Below the pieces are notes generated by a model. That model saw only the letters and a list, made by a program, of their open reading frames with translations, was not told where the DNA came from and did not search any database. A DNA stretch of 58,723 nucleotides, the filler included, from Sphacelaria rigidula (lineage: Eukaryota): assembly GCA_964200075.2 (NCBI GenBank). It is 7 parts of 7 records of this genome, joined end to end, with 100 filler letters (N's around TTAATTAATTAA, not from the genome) between each part and the next. Parts side by side here need not be neighbours in the genome. Positions count along the whole stretch, not along the records: positions 42,019 to 50,321 come from CAXNAA020011594.1; positions 50,422 to 58,723 come from CAXNAA020011595.1; 5 more parts are not named here. The stretch is one strand, 5' to 3'. The number at the start of each line of letters is the position of its first letter. The first letter of the stretch is position 1. A program made the position numbers and the translations under genes. This document shows, piece by piece, positions 48,180-58,723 of this stretch.

Positions 48180-50321
48180 TTGAAGGTGGAGTTGTTCGAA
48201 ATCATAAATTTCCAAAGAAGTTCTTCAACTTACCGAGGTGTGTGCTGACCTCAACTTGATACGAGTCTAGGCATGGATCCCTCAGCAGTTATTATTATGT
48301 GTAATCGGCTGAACCGGCATAATTTTTCACTCGAACAAAAATAGTTATTGCATATTGGGGCATGCCTGCGGGCGCGCGAAGAGATGAAAATGTAGTGGGT
48401 CAGTGTCTTGCACAAGCTCCACCTGATGTGCGTTGGTGACCCCCCCGCCTCCTTTCCCCCCCCCGACATCGTACAATTATTGTGCTTTTCAAGAACACCC
48501 TCCTGGCCAGAGTGGATCATCTATTAATTCGGCATCACTTTCACCAGAGAAAATTGAACTTGAAAATGACCCGTGGTTCGGAGATCGCCCACATACCCAC
48601 CCTGGCGTCAAGACCATTCTCCATTTCACCAATCTTGTACCTACCCCTGATCCTGTATGGCCCTTGCCTATGGTAGTATTACAGGAAAATGTCGTTAAAG
48701 AGTTGCATCGGAGCTCCAACGAAGAACCGTAGCATGCCATGAAGTACGGTCGAATTCGTGATGTGGTCGATTTCGTGATGCAGGCAGCATTGGAAACTCA
48801 GTTCGCGGTGCCAAAAAAAAGTCTTCCAACAAATTTGGATGCGGATCGTCTCATCTCACCAGGGCGGACCTACTATGCCCCTGTAGCTTACCCCTGCGCG
48901 GTCATGCGTACGAGTATTCATTTATTTGTCATACGGGGTCTTGAATTTTATCTCCGAAGGGTGAGGCCGCTTTTTCGAAGTAGTGTCGCCGCCTTTCCTC
49001 CCATACGCTGCAGCTGAGCCGCTCATTTCTGCCATTTTCCCCCCCCAAGCCCTCGTGAAGCTAACCCTTTTGCAATGTTGTCGTCCCATTTTTTCGGTAT
49101 ATGTGAACCTCAATATGTTCTTCAAGGAGGACTTCGCTTCTTGTCCGAAGAGAAACAGAAATGTCCCTCTGACCGCGAGGGTTTAGGTCACCTGCCGAAT
49201 CGGCATCAATATTCACTCGAAAAAAGTAAGGGTGATCCAGACGGACTACCCGCACCGCGGTCCAAGGGTTGAACATTTCAACCACGACCAAACACAATGA
49301 GGCGTGAACCTGAGGACCCCGTTTCCCCCGCGAACTGCAAACCACAAAACGCACAGCTCGAGCCGTAGCTCCTCACCAGCTGAGCACGTTGTGCTCGACA
49401 TCACGCAAACATGTTCAGAGCTCAATCGTGAACGAGGACTGGTGATTTATGTATGGTGCGCGCCCAGTACACGGACAGTACATGCACATGAGTCAGAAAT
49501 CGCAGGTTTTCGGCGAAAAAACGACCCGTACGCGGCCGCGCTTCCTTCAATACAGAGGGGATTTACCCCCGTTGAAGGCTGCCATGTATCGTGGGCGCTG
49601 GAGCTGATGCGTGTGAATGGCGGGTGTATCTGCGTGTCTTTTTTGGGCTCGGTGTATACGTGTCGTGTTGTTCTGTTGCGTTTTGTGTAGCTTTACAGAC
49701 GTTTTCCGGCCAACGACGCTTCGAGAACCGGCTCCTTTTTTTTACCTGTGGGCAGATGTAAGCTTCGATCTGAACGGGAAAATGTTCTGGGTAAGACTCC
49801 AACTGGGTTGCCATGGATACAATCTGTTTACGAGAACAGTTTTGAGAAAAACGATCGTTTTCGATGAGAACGCGTCCAATCTCAGTCAAGTCACGCTTTG
49901 CTCTGGGTGTGAGATGACTGCCGGAGCGACCGAGACACTTCAGTTTCGAACACCTGGGCTGATCGTCCCCGAGATTTTTTGAGTGCTGGTATGGCCATAT
50001 TGTGTCTTCGTGGCCCTCTTTGATGGCCTCTAGATCCATAACCACTGATCAGACCCGTACGGATCAACCATTTTTTAGGACCGGCATTGTCATCACTAGG
50101 CTACACATTGGTACCCTGTGCCGCCGACGATCAGCACACCAACCCTAGCTCATACTAGTAGGATGGCGTGTGCGCTGCGCGCCAAGTTGACGAGGGATTT
50201 TAGTGGGTTTGCCACCGCACCACTGCCTTCAGCAAAGCTTTCCGAACGCTCTGTAGCCAAAATACACCAAGGCGTAGTAGATGTAGCATGTGTAGGATCC
50301 TGGATGATGACCAGGGGACAA

Positions 50322-50421
50322 NNNNNNNNNNNNNNNNNNNNNNNNNNNNNNNNNNNNNNNNNNNNTTAATTAATTAANNNNNNNNNNNNNNNNNNNNNNN
50401 NNNNNNNNNNNNNNNNNNNNN
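50322..50421. other. Artificial scaffold linker
   Basis: N44-TTAATTAATTAA-N44. Confidence 0.98.
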
Positions 50422-50951
50422 TTCTTTCAAACCTGGCGGGCGGACGGGGAAGCCGCAATCCCTGGGGCTGAAGTGATCACCTCTACAGGCGATACCAAGA
50501 TGGTTTCCGTGTAGAATGACATCATCCAGAGTGTGCCCAATACGGATCGATGTTCGTTTGCCAGGGCAGGAGCCACCCAGCAGGTCATCATGTGGAAGTG
50601 AGCGCATCTGCGTGTCGACGTATGAATCCACTGACGTCTCACGCAGTCTTGGTCGAGGGGACTCTGTTTTGAGGGCGTACCGATGACACTGCCCAAAATA
50701 TGTATTTGATTCGTGCCTCTTGCGCACCACGTAAAACGTGCCGCCGATCCGGGAACATACTTTTTGTGGTGTGGTCTACCTCTTCGTCAAGCTTTAGACC
50801 GCTTCGTTCAAACACGGCGGAGAAATCCACAAGCAAAGCAACGCTTGACTTGTACTGAAAATACAGTACTACTAGACCGCCGAAAGATACATGAGGTGCG
50901 TATGATTCTTGCATAAGGGCATCTTGGCATTTGAGTTGCATTTCGTTTTTT

Positions 50952-51194
50952 GGTGTATAAAATTCGACTTGAGAACGGTCGACGAGGGAAAGAAGTCGCT
51001 AAGCCCCTCTCGCGATAAAAAGTACAAGGCAAGCAACGCAAAAGGAAGGTGGGGCACTAACAAAACAAATGAAAAAAAAAAGCTCCCGTGCTGACCTTCG
51101 TCCTGTGGGACCCCGGCTGATGCGCCCACATATATATTATACCGAAAGGTGTAGACCGGCGTCAGGAATAGATGGGACAACACACACACACACA
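50952..51194 (+). mobile_element. 5'-truncated SINE/LINE-like retroposon 3' end with (CA)n tail
   Basis: Terminal ~75 nt match 1-72; ends ATGGGACAACACACACACACACA. Confidence 0.55.
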
Positions 51195-51472
51195 AGACTG
51201 CGTCGCCACTTTCAACCTCAAAATCTTCACATATGGACATGTGTGTTCTCGGCGGATGAGGAGGGGGGGGGGGGGGGGGGGGGGGGGGGATGGTCGTGGT
51301 CTGCTTGCCCGCTTGCGTTCCTTCCTTACTCTTTTTCTTCGTCGGGCATGCGCGACGATGTTCAAGGAGGATTCATTTTTCGTCCGAGTAATGAACGTGA
51401 ATTATCGTGGTGTCTTCTTGTTTTGATCACATGGGTTGTGGCAACACTGGTGATGACGACCTCTTTATCGTA

Positions 51473-51688
51473 GGTGTACTCGGCATTCTCTTTACTGGGG
51501 GAGATGACGCACCTACACTCGGTCTCCTGGGAGGAGCTATAGGTGGACTAGCTGCTGGATTGAGTGTGGTGGAGCGTCTGAGGGGTACGCCACCACACCC
51601 ATCCAGCATCTAGTCCAACAATAGCTTCACCCAAGAAACCGAGTGTAGCTGCGTTATCTCCGCCAGTAAGGAGAATGCCGAGTACACC
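51473..51688. other. Long hairpin-forming inverted duplication (miRNA/siRNA-precursor-like)
   Basis: 88-nt arms 51473-51560 / 51601-51688 with 11 differences by manual alignment; pairing continues (GTGTGGTGG..CGT / ACGCCACCACAC) to a ~9-nt loop. Confidence 0.8.
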
Positions 51689-51955
51689 CACTACTGTACT
51701 TGCCGTCAGGGAGGATCCCACATCTGAGACTTCAGCCAACCCACCTGCTGTTAGTACCGATTTACCTACGATTAAGGAAGACATCGCCACCAGTGTAGCC
51801 ACTGGCCATGTGACAGAGGTCGTTCCACAGGTTGATATTGCAGTGAAACCAGCAGATCGTGTGATGTTGAATACAAATTAGGCCTGTGTGATGGATATGG
51901 ATGATAATGACACTGGTGGTGCAACCAGAATGATATTCAATGTTCCTGCTATTAA

Positions 51956-52396
51956 CACGGGATCTCACGAATTGGGGATGGATCTTTTACTGGGGATGAG
52001 AAACCCGGATAATTGAAATCTTCGTATTCACATCAAAGCCTTGAAATATGGGTCCATTTTTTCACCTACTGATGGCTGTTGACAAGTGCTGAACGCCATA
52101 GAAATTTTGGATTTCGATCACCGACATGTTGGGGTCCTAGGTGAAAAACCAATTTTGAGGAATTTCGGGGGTCCGAATGGACGCCACAATGGTTCCGAAA
52201 TTGATGTTTCACCTAGGACCCCAACATTTCGGTGATCGGAATCCAAATTCCTATGGCGTTCAGCACTTGTCAATAGCTATCAGGAGGTGAAGAAATGGAA
52301 CCATATTTCGAAGCTTCGATGTGGATACGAAAATTTTAATTCTCCGGGTTTCTCATCCCCAGTAAAAGATCCATCCCCAATTTGTAAGATCCTGTG
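51956..52396. mobile_element. Foldback MITE with ~200-bp arms, TTAA-type target (piggyBac-like)
   Basis: TTAA|CACGGGATCT...AGATCCTGTG|TTCA; near-perfect palindrome; truncated copy at 53671-53944. Confidence 0.8.
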
Positions 52397-52897
52397 TTCA
52401 TTGACGGGGCTAAGACCATGTAATGATGTGGCTGACGACCTAATCGCGGGTAGGAAGTGAACATATGTGTACACGCACTTCAAAGCACCACTGTGGGGGC
52501 AGTTGACCATCCACGTGACTAACAAGTTTCATGTCAACGGTGTAGGGATAGGTCACTATTACCACATCATATAAGAGAACAACACCTGGGAGGAGATGGC
52601 CTCATCAAGTCACTGGAGGACATGGCCATTACAGACGACGACGTTGTCAACTACCAACGGATGAGTCCAGAACTCGTTCCCTACGACAAGAACATTGGAC
52701 TTTCCAACCCAGCTGCGGTGGACATGATTCTCTCCAGTTCAGAATACTACGATTTCCACATAGCACCCCGTGGACAACCATACATCAGGTCAGCACATCT
52801 ACAGTATTTCTCCAAGATGAAGAAGGGACACGACGCCATGTTCAGCAATGTGATAGAGCCGTCAGAATTTGAAATATATTGGCTCCCCTTACGGCTT

Positions 52898-55800
52898 TCA
52901 TCGACTGGAAACCTTTTCAACCGACGGCTGTCGCGGCAAGGCCGCCGCGTGAACGATAGACGACGCCAATTCGTGTGTGGCAGCCCCCAATATGGTGTCG
53001 CCCATAAGCTCGAATGAGGAACCATCCCCCGCCAGTATCTTCGCGCCCGATTCCTGCGCGATCAACACCCCAGCAGCCCAATCCCACGGTTTCCAGACAC
53101 CGGCCACACCTGGATTTTGAACCGGGGGGAATTTTAGGGAAACTTTTTCGCCTCGTGCTTAACATGTGAGGTGACGTTAGCCCCGTAGGGAGTCCAGACC
53201 TCTATTATAGTTGGAAGTCAGTTGGATGGACTTTTCTCGGGGCTCGAATTTCGTGTTTGATTTGATTTTTTTTTTTTCCTGGTGGGTGGACGGCGCCTAC
53301 ATGAAGCGAGGGAGGGTTTAGAGCGGAAAGCCGTCTGGCCACCGTTACGTTTGCCTTATGTCCTGTTTCTCCTGGTATGAGCCACGACCGATACATGATG
53401 ATAAGAAGGGTTATGACACCGGTGCCGATACACACCGTAATACCGGATCGACACGATATATCGTATCGTATGAGGAATTGGAAGCGATACGATGGCCGTT
53501 TGTCGTTATCGGCTATGAGTACGATATATAGGTCATCATCATCCATAGGATAATGGCGTTGTATACCGGTAGGTAGATACGGTGTAAGCGATGCGCAGTA
53601 GGTACTCTTCAGCACAGGAAGTACACTCGGCATGGCAGTTCGTCGTGACAGATGGTGGCAGTTCCATTAACCGAAATGTTGGGGTCCTAGGTGGAAAAAC
53701 AATTCTGAGGGATTCCGGGTGTCCGAACGGACGCCAAAATGGTCCCGAAATTGGTTCTTCACCTAGAACCGCAACATTTCGGTGATCGAAAACCAAATTT
53801 CCATGGCGTGTAGCAGTTGTCAATAGCTATCAGTAGGGGAAAATGGAACCATATTTCGAAGATTTGGTGCGGATACGAAGATTTGAATTCTCCGGGTTTC
53901 TCATCCCCAATAAAAGTTCCATCCCCAATTTGTAAGATCCCGTGTTTGATGACTCACGGCCTCACGGTGTTCAAAACAGTTGGCTTCTGTGTGTCTTCAC
54001 ACCCCGAAACAACCAACTACAAAAAACTTCTCATTTTTTACTGCTCTGCTGGATAATCTATGGGAGAGAAGCGTCTCCACGTTCTCACCGGTGTCTTGAA
54101 CGTCGTGGTCAAAACGTGCGTGCTGCGCCTTGGTGCATCTGCAAGGGCAATCGACATTACCGTTGCGGTGGGTTTTGCGTTGTCTTCATCCCTTTTTCCT
54201 GGTCGAGGTTTTGCCGCTGTCGGGAAAATTTGGCATGGTTGCCGCACTACTATTTCTCGATCCTTGTGGGATTGATTTAGAAGGGAAAATGAAGCCAGGT
54301 CGCGTTTTGTTTTGTTTTGGCTTCGGCGGCGCTTCCAGCGAGGACCCTGCATCAAACGGGGGGGGGGGGGGGGGGGGGAGGGGCGTTTTGCATCGGGCTG
54401 CGCCCTCGCCTGGAAGGCGTAACCATTGATATTATCGCGATACATCGGCGAAGTCGCGCTAATATCGACATATCTGCTGCGTCGATCTGCCAATATATCA
54501 CACCATGGACAATAGATTACCCTGCCGAAAAAAGTGTACTCCGTACAGTATCGACTATTGCGTCTATTGCAACAGACAAAAAATCATTCCATATCGTACG
54601 CAGTACACCCTTTTCGACAATGTAATCTGTTTGTTGTTCAGGGTGTGTGCAACTTGTGTAATATCATCAAGTGCGGCCAGGCACAAATCCAAGGATCGAG
54701 TACGACGAAGAAGGACCATGGAAGGCGCAGATCATCGCGTCATGAAATATCTTCAAATCTCACACGGCTCGGACGAATTATCGCCGATTCGAACAACCAA
54801 ATCCACGATTTTTCGGGCCTGAATGCTTGAAAGAGAGATGAAAAAAGTTGATCGCTGGTCAAAAAGGTGTCCACGCAGTTTTTGCGCCATTCCACGAGCC
54901 TGAGCTGCGCGTACCTGAGCTGCAACGCTGAAAACAAAGCCTAGGGATTGATTCGTGTAGTACCAATCACACTAAAATCAAGTAATTTTCAGACGGATCA
55001 TTGATTCCGGCCCTTGAAATCTTACCGATGAACCATTCCAAGATAAAAATACGACGAGCGAAGATCATCACGAGCGCTGATCATCCCGCCGGCAACACTT
55101 TTTATTCCGTTCCATGTGCAAAGGTTGAAGACTTCACAAGCTGCAGCTGGCGGGCGCCACGGTCTGTGATGTTCTCTCATAGAGTGGGCGTCAACCAAAA
55201 AGAAAAGTTGCTGCTCGTTTCCCGGTTTTGACACTGCGACTTGATAGCCCCGTCGCGAAATCTAGAGCTCGCCCGACTGACCTAAATATGAACGCTGATC
55301 GGAAAATCGTCCAGCTTGAGCGCCCGTGTCAACCTGGCGTAACTATCCGCACCTACATTCTTCAACACTGGGGATCGTTCAGTAGCCATGACATCCCGAA
55401 AAATTAGCATGGAACGACGAAAGGAGTAGGTCATTTCAGCGTCCTGTCGTCAGTTGGCCGGGCTGTTAGGCGTGAGAACAAAATACCTACTGCACAGTAA
55501 CCGTCGGTGCCACGCATATGCTGTGCGTCGTTATTTTCCGTGCATGAGCCCCCATCAGCAACACGTTGGCGCTATATTTCAAACGTGCAGAGGCGACGAT
55601 CGAGCCAATCGTAACTGCTATCTGCATGCGGTCAGGCACATGTTTTTTTTTTTACCTTGCAGCTATTTGCTGAACAGCTCAACGGCATGGCGTACTTGCT
55701 GGTGGTGGTGAAAGTGTTGTAGGCGGCGCATGCGGATATGGTTGAGTGATGGTTTGATTCCGTGGTTGAGGTGTTGACAATATTTTCGGCAAGTTTCCCC

Positions 55801-56659
55801 CCCCAAAGCAACTAGGCAGTACGGGCGCAAGTCAACTACTGAAACAAGGTCCAACGGATGTGGAAACACAGCGGTGACTTTGCGCCCCTCGCAAACCCCT
55901 GTTGCCCCAGCGGGGGCTAGTGATCTTGAGAAGTGGGGAAGGGGGGTAGAGCTCGCTTGGCTATTGCTTCTTCAACAAATAGGCAAGAGAGCGCCGACCC
56001 GTTCGCTCAACCATGATCAACCTAGGCTGTTGCAATCGTATTTGACAATAAATTCGAGTGCGTATCCATCTAACCTACTGCCGGTCATCTACGCCTATAC
56101 TATGGTCATCCTCCAAAACGCGGTAGAACTATCAAAGATGGGATGCTGGGAACATGCTCAAAAGGTTGAACGGTGATGGCTTTATATACTTGATGAGCTC
56201 AAGAACATGGACTCTTTTTTTCACCTTTGAAAAATGATATTAATGTTGGCAAACTGTCAGAGTTCACGTTTTTTGCATCACGAGGGTGATCCCTTGTGGG
56301 AGGCGACAGTTTCTATAACCGTACAGTAGGGTCTGTACTCCCTGTAGAAGACAATCATGGGAAGGAATTCTTCATTTCAAAGAACGAATACCGCTGGTTT
56401 CCTTTTGATATTTCGATTAATGCAGTCGTTGAGCTCAACGGCGCGCCTTCATTTTTGTCGATTACGGATACTCCCTTCCGACTACTGTATCATACGTACC
56501 CCCGTAAACAGCATCCACAGATCCACGAGCAAGATAGCACAGATCCATTGCCCCGCAACCGGTTTGTCGAAGAGCTCGGGCTTTGCTGACTATCCGACCC
56601 GTGGTTTCCATCATGTGCCGAAGACTTTCTTCCGCTCTGAGGTAGCTGTATTCCGCTAC
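52898..56659 (-). CDS. Inositol monophosphatase family protein, last two exons (56659-56500, 53109-52898)
   Basis: GT-AG, phase-1 junction gives RQTGCGAMDLCYLARGSVDAVYG|GVAGVWKPWDWAAGVLIAQESGA, the IMPase GSxALDLCYxAxGxxD and PWDxAAGxLIxxExG motifs. Upstream exons not found. Confidence 0.88.
53671..53944 (+). mobile_element. Truncated copy of the 51956-52396 foldback MITE (IMPase intron)
   Basis: Colinear with ~52122-52396. Confidence 0.8.
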
Positions 56660-56897
56660 CTGTATCGGCATGTCGCCATGTAGGGTACAGTAGGGAAAAA
56701 AAAGGTCATAACAAAGCGCAGAGAGAGAGAAAAAAAAGAAAAAGCAGTGGAACTTACTCGTACAACAGGGGTATTTCACGTCCAAATCCATGACGTCAGA
56801 GCACGTGTGAACTAGAGAACTGTAGTTTCACATCATTCCTTTTTATGATGACGTCGCGGTCGAGGTCGGGGGGAGGGTCGAGAAGGGTCCAAGCTAC

Positions 56898-57216
56898 GAC
56901 ACTTTCTACGACAGCCACCCCCCCCCTACCCCCCCTCCAAATCCAGCCCGAAACTGTCGCGAAGAAAAATGGTCACACAGCACTTGATGTTTGGTTTCAG
57001 GTTGCATGAAGCGCGTAATATCAGCGACATCGGTGAAAACGAACCCAACCGTGGGAATTCCCAGCTGCTCATTGCACTCGGCTGTTTTTATTTACATGCA
57101 TGTGTAGATTCGCCTTCAAACCAGTCACTTTTTTTTTTTTTTGGGGGGGGGGGCGTTCTCATGTGTTGCTTGCCTTAGTCGTCTGACCATTGAGGGGGGC
57201 TATCGTAGAAAGTGTC
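56898..57216. mobile_element. MITE with GACACTTTCTACGA(C/T)AGCC + C-run TIRs
   Basis: 18/19 TIR match; the G-run of the right TIR is interrupted by the 57154-57193 insert. Confidence 0.6.
57154..57193 (-). mobile_element. C-run-anchored short insertion (subfamily B, 40 nt)
   Basis: Reverse complement C6-TCAATGGTCAGACGACTAAGGCAAGCAACACATGAGAACG-C11. Confidence 0.75.
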
Positions 57217-57585
57217 CTCAGTGGGACAAACCCTCGGAGAGTAGAAATGAATCACAGTACACGAGAAAGCTGAAAACATTTTTGGGCAAGGAATGCAGGT
57301 GAATCGACGGAAACAAAAGGAAAACAGAAGCATGCGGCGCAACACCCGGAATCTCGCAACGGTCCGTAACTACTTGACTACCTCGACATGGCGGCACACA
57401 CGGGGCGCAAACACATTACTGTGGACGGTCCCACAAAAGGGCTCATATGTGTGTCAAACGACCTGACACACTCGCGGTGCGGTTGTATCTGGGTAAAGAC
57501 GGTGTCAAGCAGTATGAATGAGCGTTATTTATCGGCAACCAGCGTGTTGGAACAACCGTTTCTGCTTTCAACGACGATTGACTTG

Positions 57586-58027
57586 GAAATTTTCAGAGAG
57601 CTACACGCTACACGTGAAACTTTGACGTTACACATTCGGAAAGACGTAACTTGGGGTCATTTAACGCTACGTAAGGTTTGGTGTCTTTTGGATGGGGCAA
57701 ATGTAACGTGACGTGATGTAACGTGTAGTCCTTCGAATAAACTCTAACGTAGCGTTTCACTTTCCAAATGTGACGAAAACTGTGCTTGTTTTTTGTGAAC
57801 TTGTAACGTGACACGTGACACGTTACAAATTCACAAAAACAGTCTTTCCTTACATATGGAAATTTTCGAAAATTCCAAGAGATACGGCTCCAAGGACCAC
57901 ACGTTACATCACGTTACGTTACATTTGTCGAGAACGAAAAAATCAGACCTCACGTAGCGTTAAATGGCCCAAAGTTACCTTTTTTCAAACGTGTCACGTG
58001 TGTAACGTGTATATCCCTGAAATTTTC
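57586..58027. mobile_element. Foldback element (~220-bp arms, GTAACGTG/CACGTTAC-rich)
   Basis: Palindrome centred near 57814 (TTGTAACGTGACACGTGACACGTTACAA); arms pair, e.g. CATTTAACGCTACGT / ACGTAGCGTTAAATG. Confidence 0.75.
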
Positions 58028-58056
58028 GTGCAAGATATGACTCAAAATACCCCCCC

Positions 58057-58168
58057 TGGTGATTGAATGCGAGCCTGGTCCGGCGAAAACCCGGCGTGCT
58101 CCGTCCCGGTTTTGCAGGGATGCGAGGTCAATGGTCTTATGACTATGGCATACATGATCATGAGTACA
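58057..58168 (+). mobile_element. C-run-anchored short insertion (subfamily A, 112 nt)
   Basis: C7-TGGTGATTGAATGCGAGCC...GATCATGAGTACA-C9; splits a TIR that is intact at 32521-32551. Confidence 0.8.
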
Positions 58169-58650
58169 CCCCCCCCCTCCCTTATGGTAGCAGGACTCAT
58201 GACCCCACATCGTCGGTGAGAGCAGGTGTCACTACCAAAACAAAAATATGTGAGATGACCAGTCGACAGACTGATACTCAGAGGCGAGCTCGCAATACTG
58301 CACGAGCTCCAGGCCTTGGTTAACTTCCTGTGGTATCCTGTATTGTCCATGTTGACGCACGCATGGGATTGAACGGATGGCGAATGCGGCCCTCAGAGGG
58401 GACAGATAATGCTATCAATCGACTCCGAACACTGTGTCATTGAAAGCATAGCATCGAGTTCCCTAGGTAGGGCGGATCTCATAGTGACGCCACGCGGGGC
58501 CTCGTTTGTATAGAAAGATCCGATCTTTGGGGTTCTCCCATCGTCTGGGGTGGTCACATGATGAGCTCTTTTTTTTCTTTTTAGCCACACCTGGAACCCA
58601 TCCCCTTCCTCGGGACGAGTCCGTGGTCTCAAGGAATACCTCCCCCCCCC

Positions 58651-58716
58651 GGTACCGTCTCGAAAGGGATGCATGGTCAATGGTCAAACGACTAAGGCAA
58701 GCAACAAATGAGTACG
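58651..58716 (+). mobile_element. C-run-anchored short insertion (subfamily B, 66 nt)
   Basis: C9-GGTACCGTCTCGAAAGGGATGCATGGTCAATGGTCAAACGACTAAGGCAAGCAACAAATGAGTACG-C7 (scaffold end). Confidence 0.75.
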
Positions 58717-58723
58717 CCCCCCC

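Noticed and set aside
49807-49820. X-box-like GTTGCCATGGATAC
   Set aside because: No adjacent ciliary gene on that scaffold, and RFX factors are not expected in stramenopiles; likely TE-borne or chance.
50422-50514. Possible C-terminal end of a + strand gene (FFQTWRADGE...KMVSV*)
   Set aside because: 30 codons at a scaffold edge with no recognisable motif.
51115-51178. Hammerhead-like CTGATG...GAAA or HDV-like ...ATGGGAC motif (also 1-57)
   Set aside because: The core reads CTGATGC not CTGATGA, and I could not build the required stems or pseudoknot; better explained as a retroposon 3' end.

Overview
Eukaryotic nuclear DNA, most likely from a brown alga (Phaeophyceae). This is an inference from a 72-nt phase-1 LRR exon, a flagellar docking-complex gene, a plastid-type tRNA-Gly relic, long TE-filled introns and many poly-C/G tracts. 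The window is not one locus. It is seven unrelated short scaffolds (8304, 8304, 8304, 8303, 8303, 8303, 8302 bp, i.e. length-sorted) joined by artificial 100-bp N44-TTAATTAATTAA-N44 linkers, so nothing can be inferred across linkers. Supported genes are all partial and spliced: an RNF170-like RING/DUF1232 E3 ligase (4 exons, +), exon 1 of an ODAD1/CCDC114-like gene (-) head-to-head with an orphan coiled-coil/low-complexity gene (+), the last two exons of an inositol monophosphatase (-), and one LRR exon (+). The rest is mostly mobile DNA: a decaying Ty3/Gypsy element (gag-CCHC, protease, pre-RT), older Gypsy/Copia relics, SINE/LINE ends and many MITE/foldback elements. The most interesting signal is a family of short insertions, five copies on three scaffolds. 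All share one fixed end (ATGAGTAC[A/G]) fused to a C-run, vary in length at the other end, and sit inside C/G homopolymer runs; empty-site paralogs are visible in the window. This is a candidate poly(C)-tailed, homopolymer-targeting retroposon. Also notable: a TA-flanked MITE carrying a tRNA-like Pol III cassette, a ~105-bp-stem miRNA-like hairpin, a plastid-derived insert next to telomere-like repeats, and possible decayed LRR pseudo-exons. All homology calls are from motif recognition by eye; no database searches were run.
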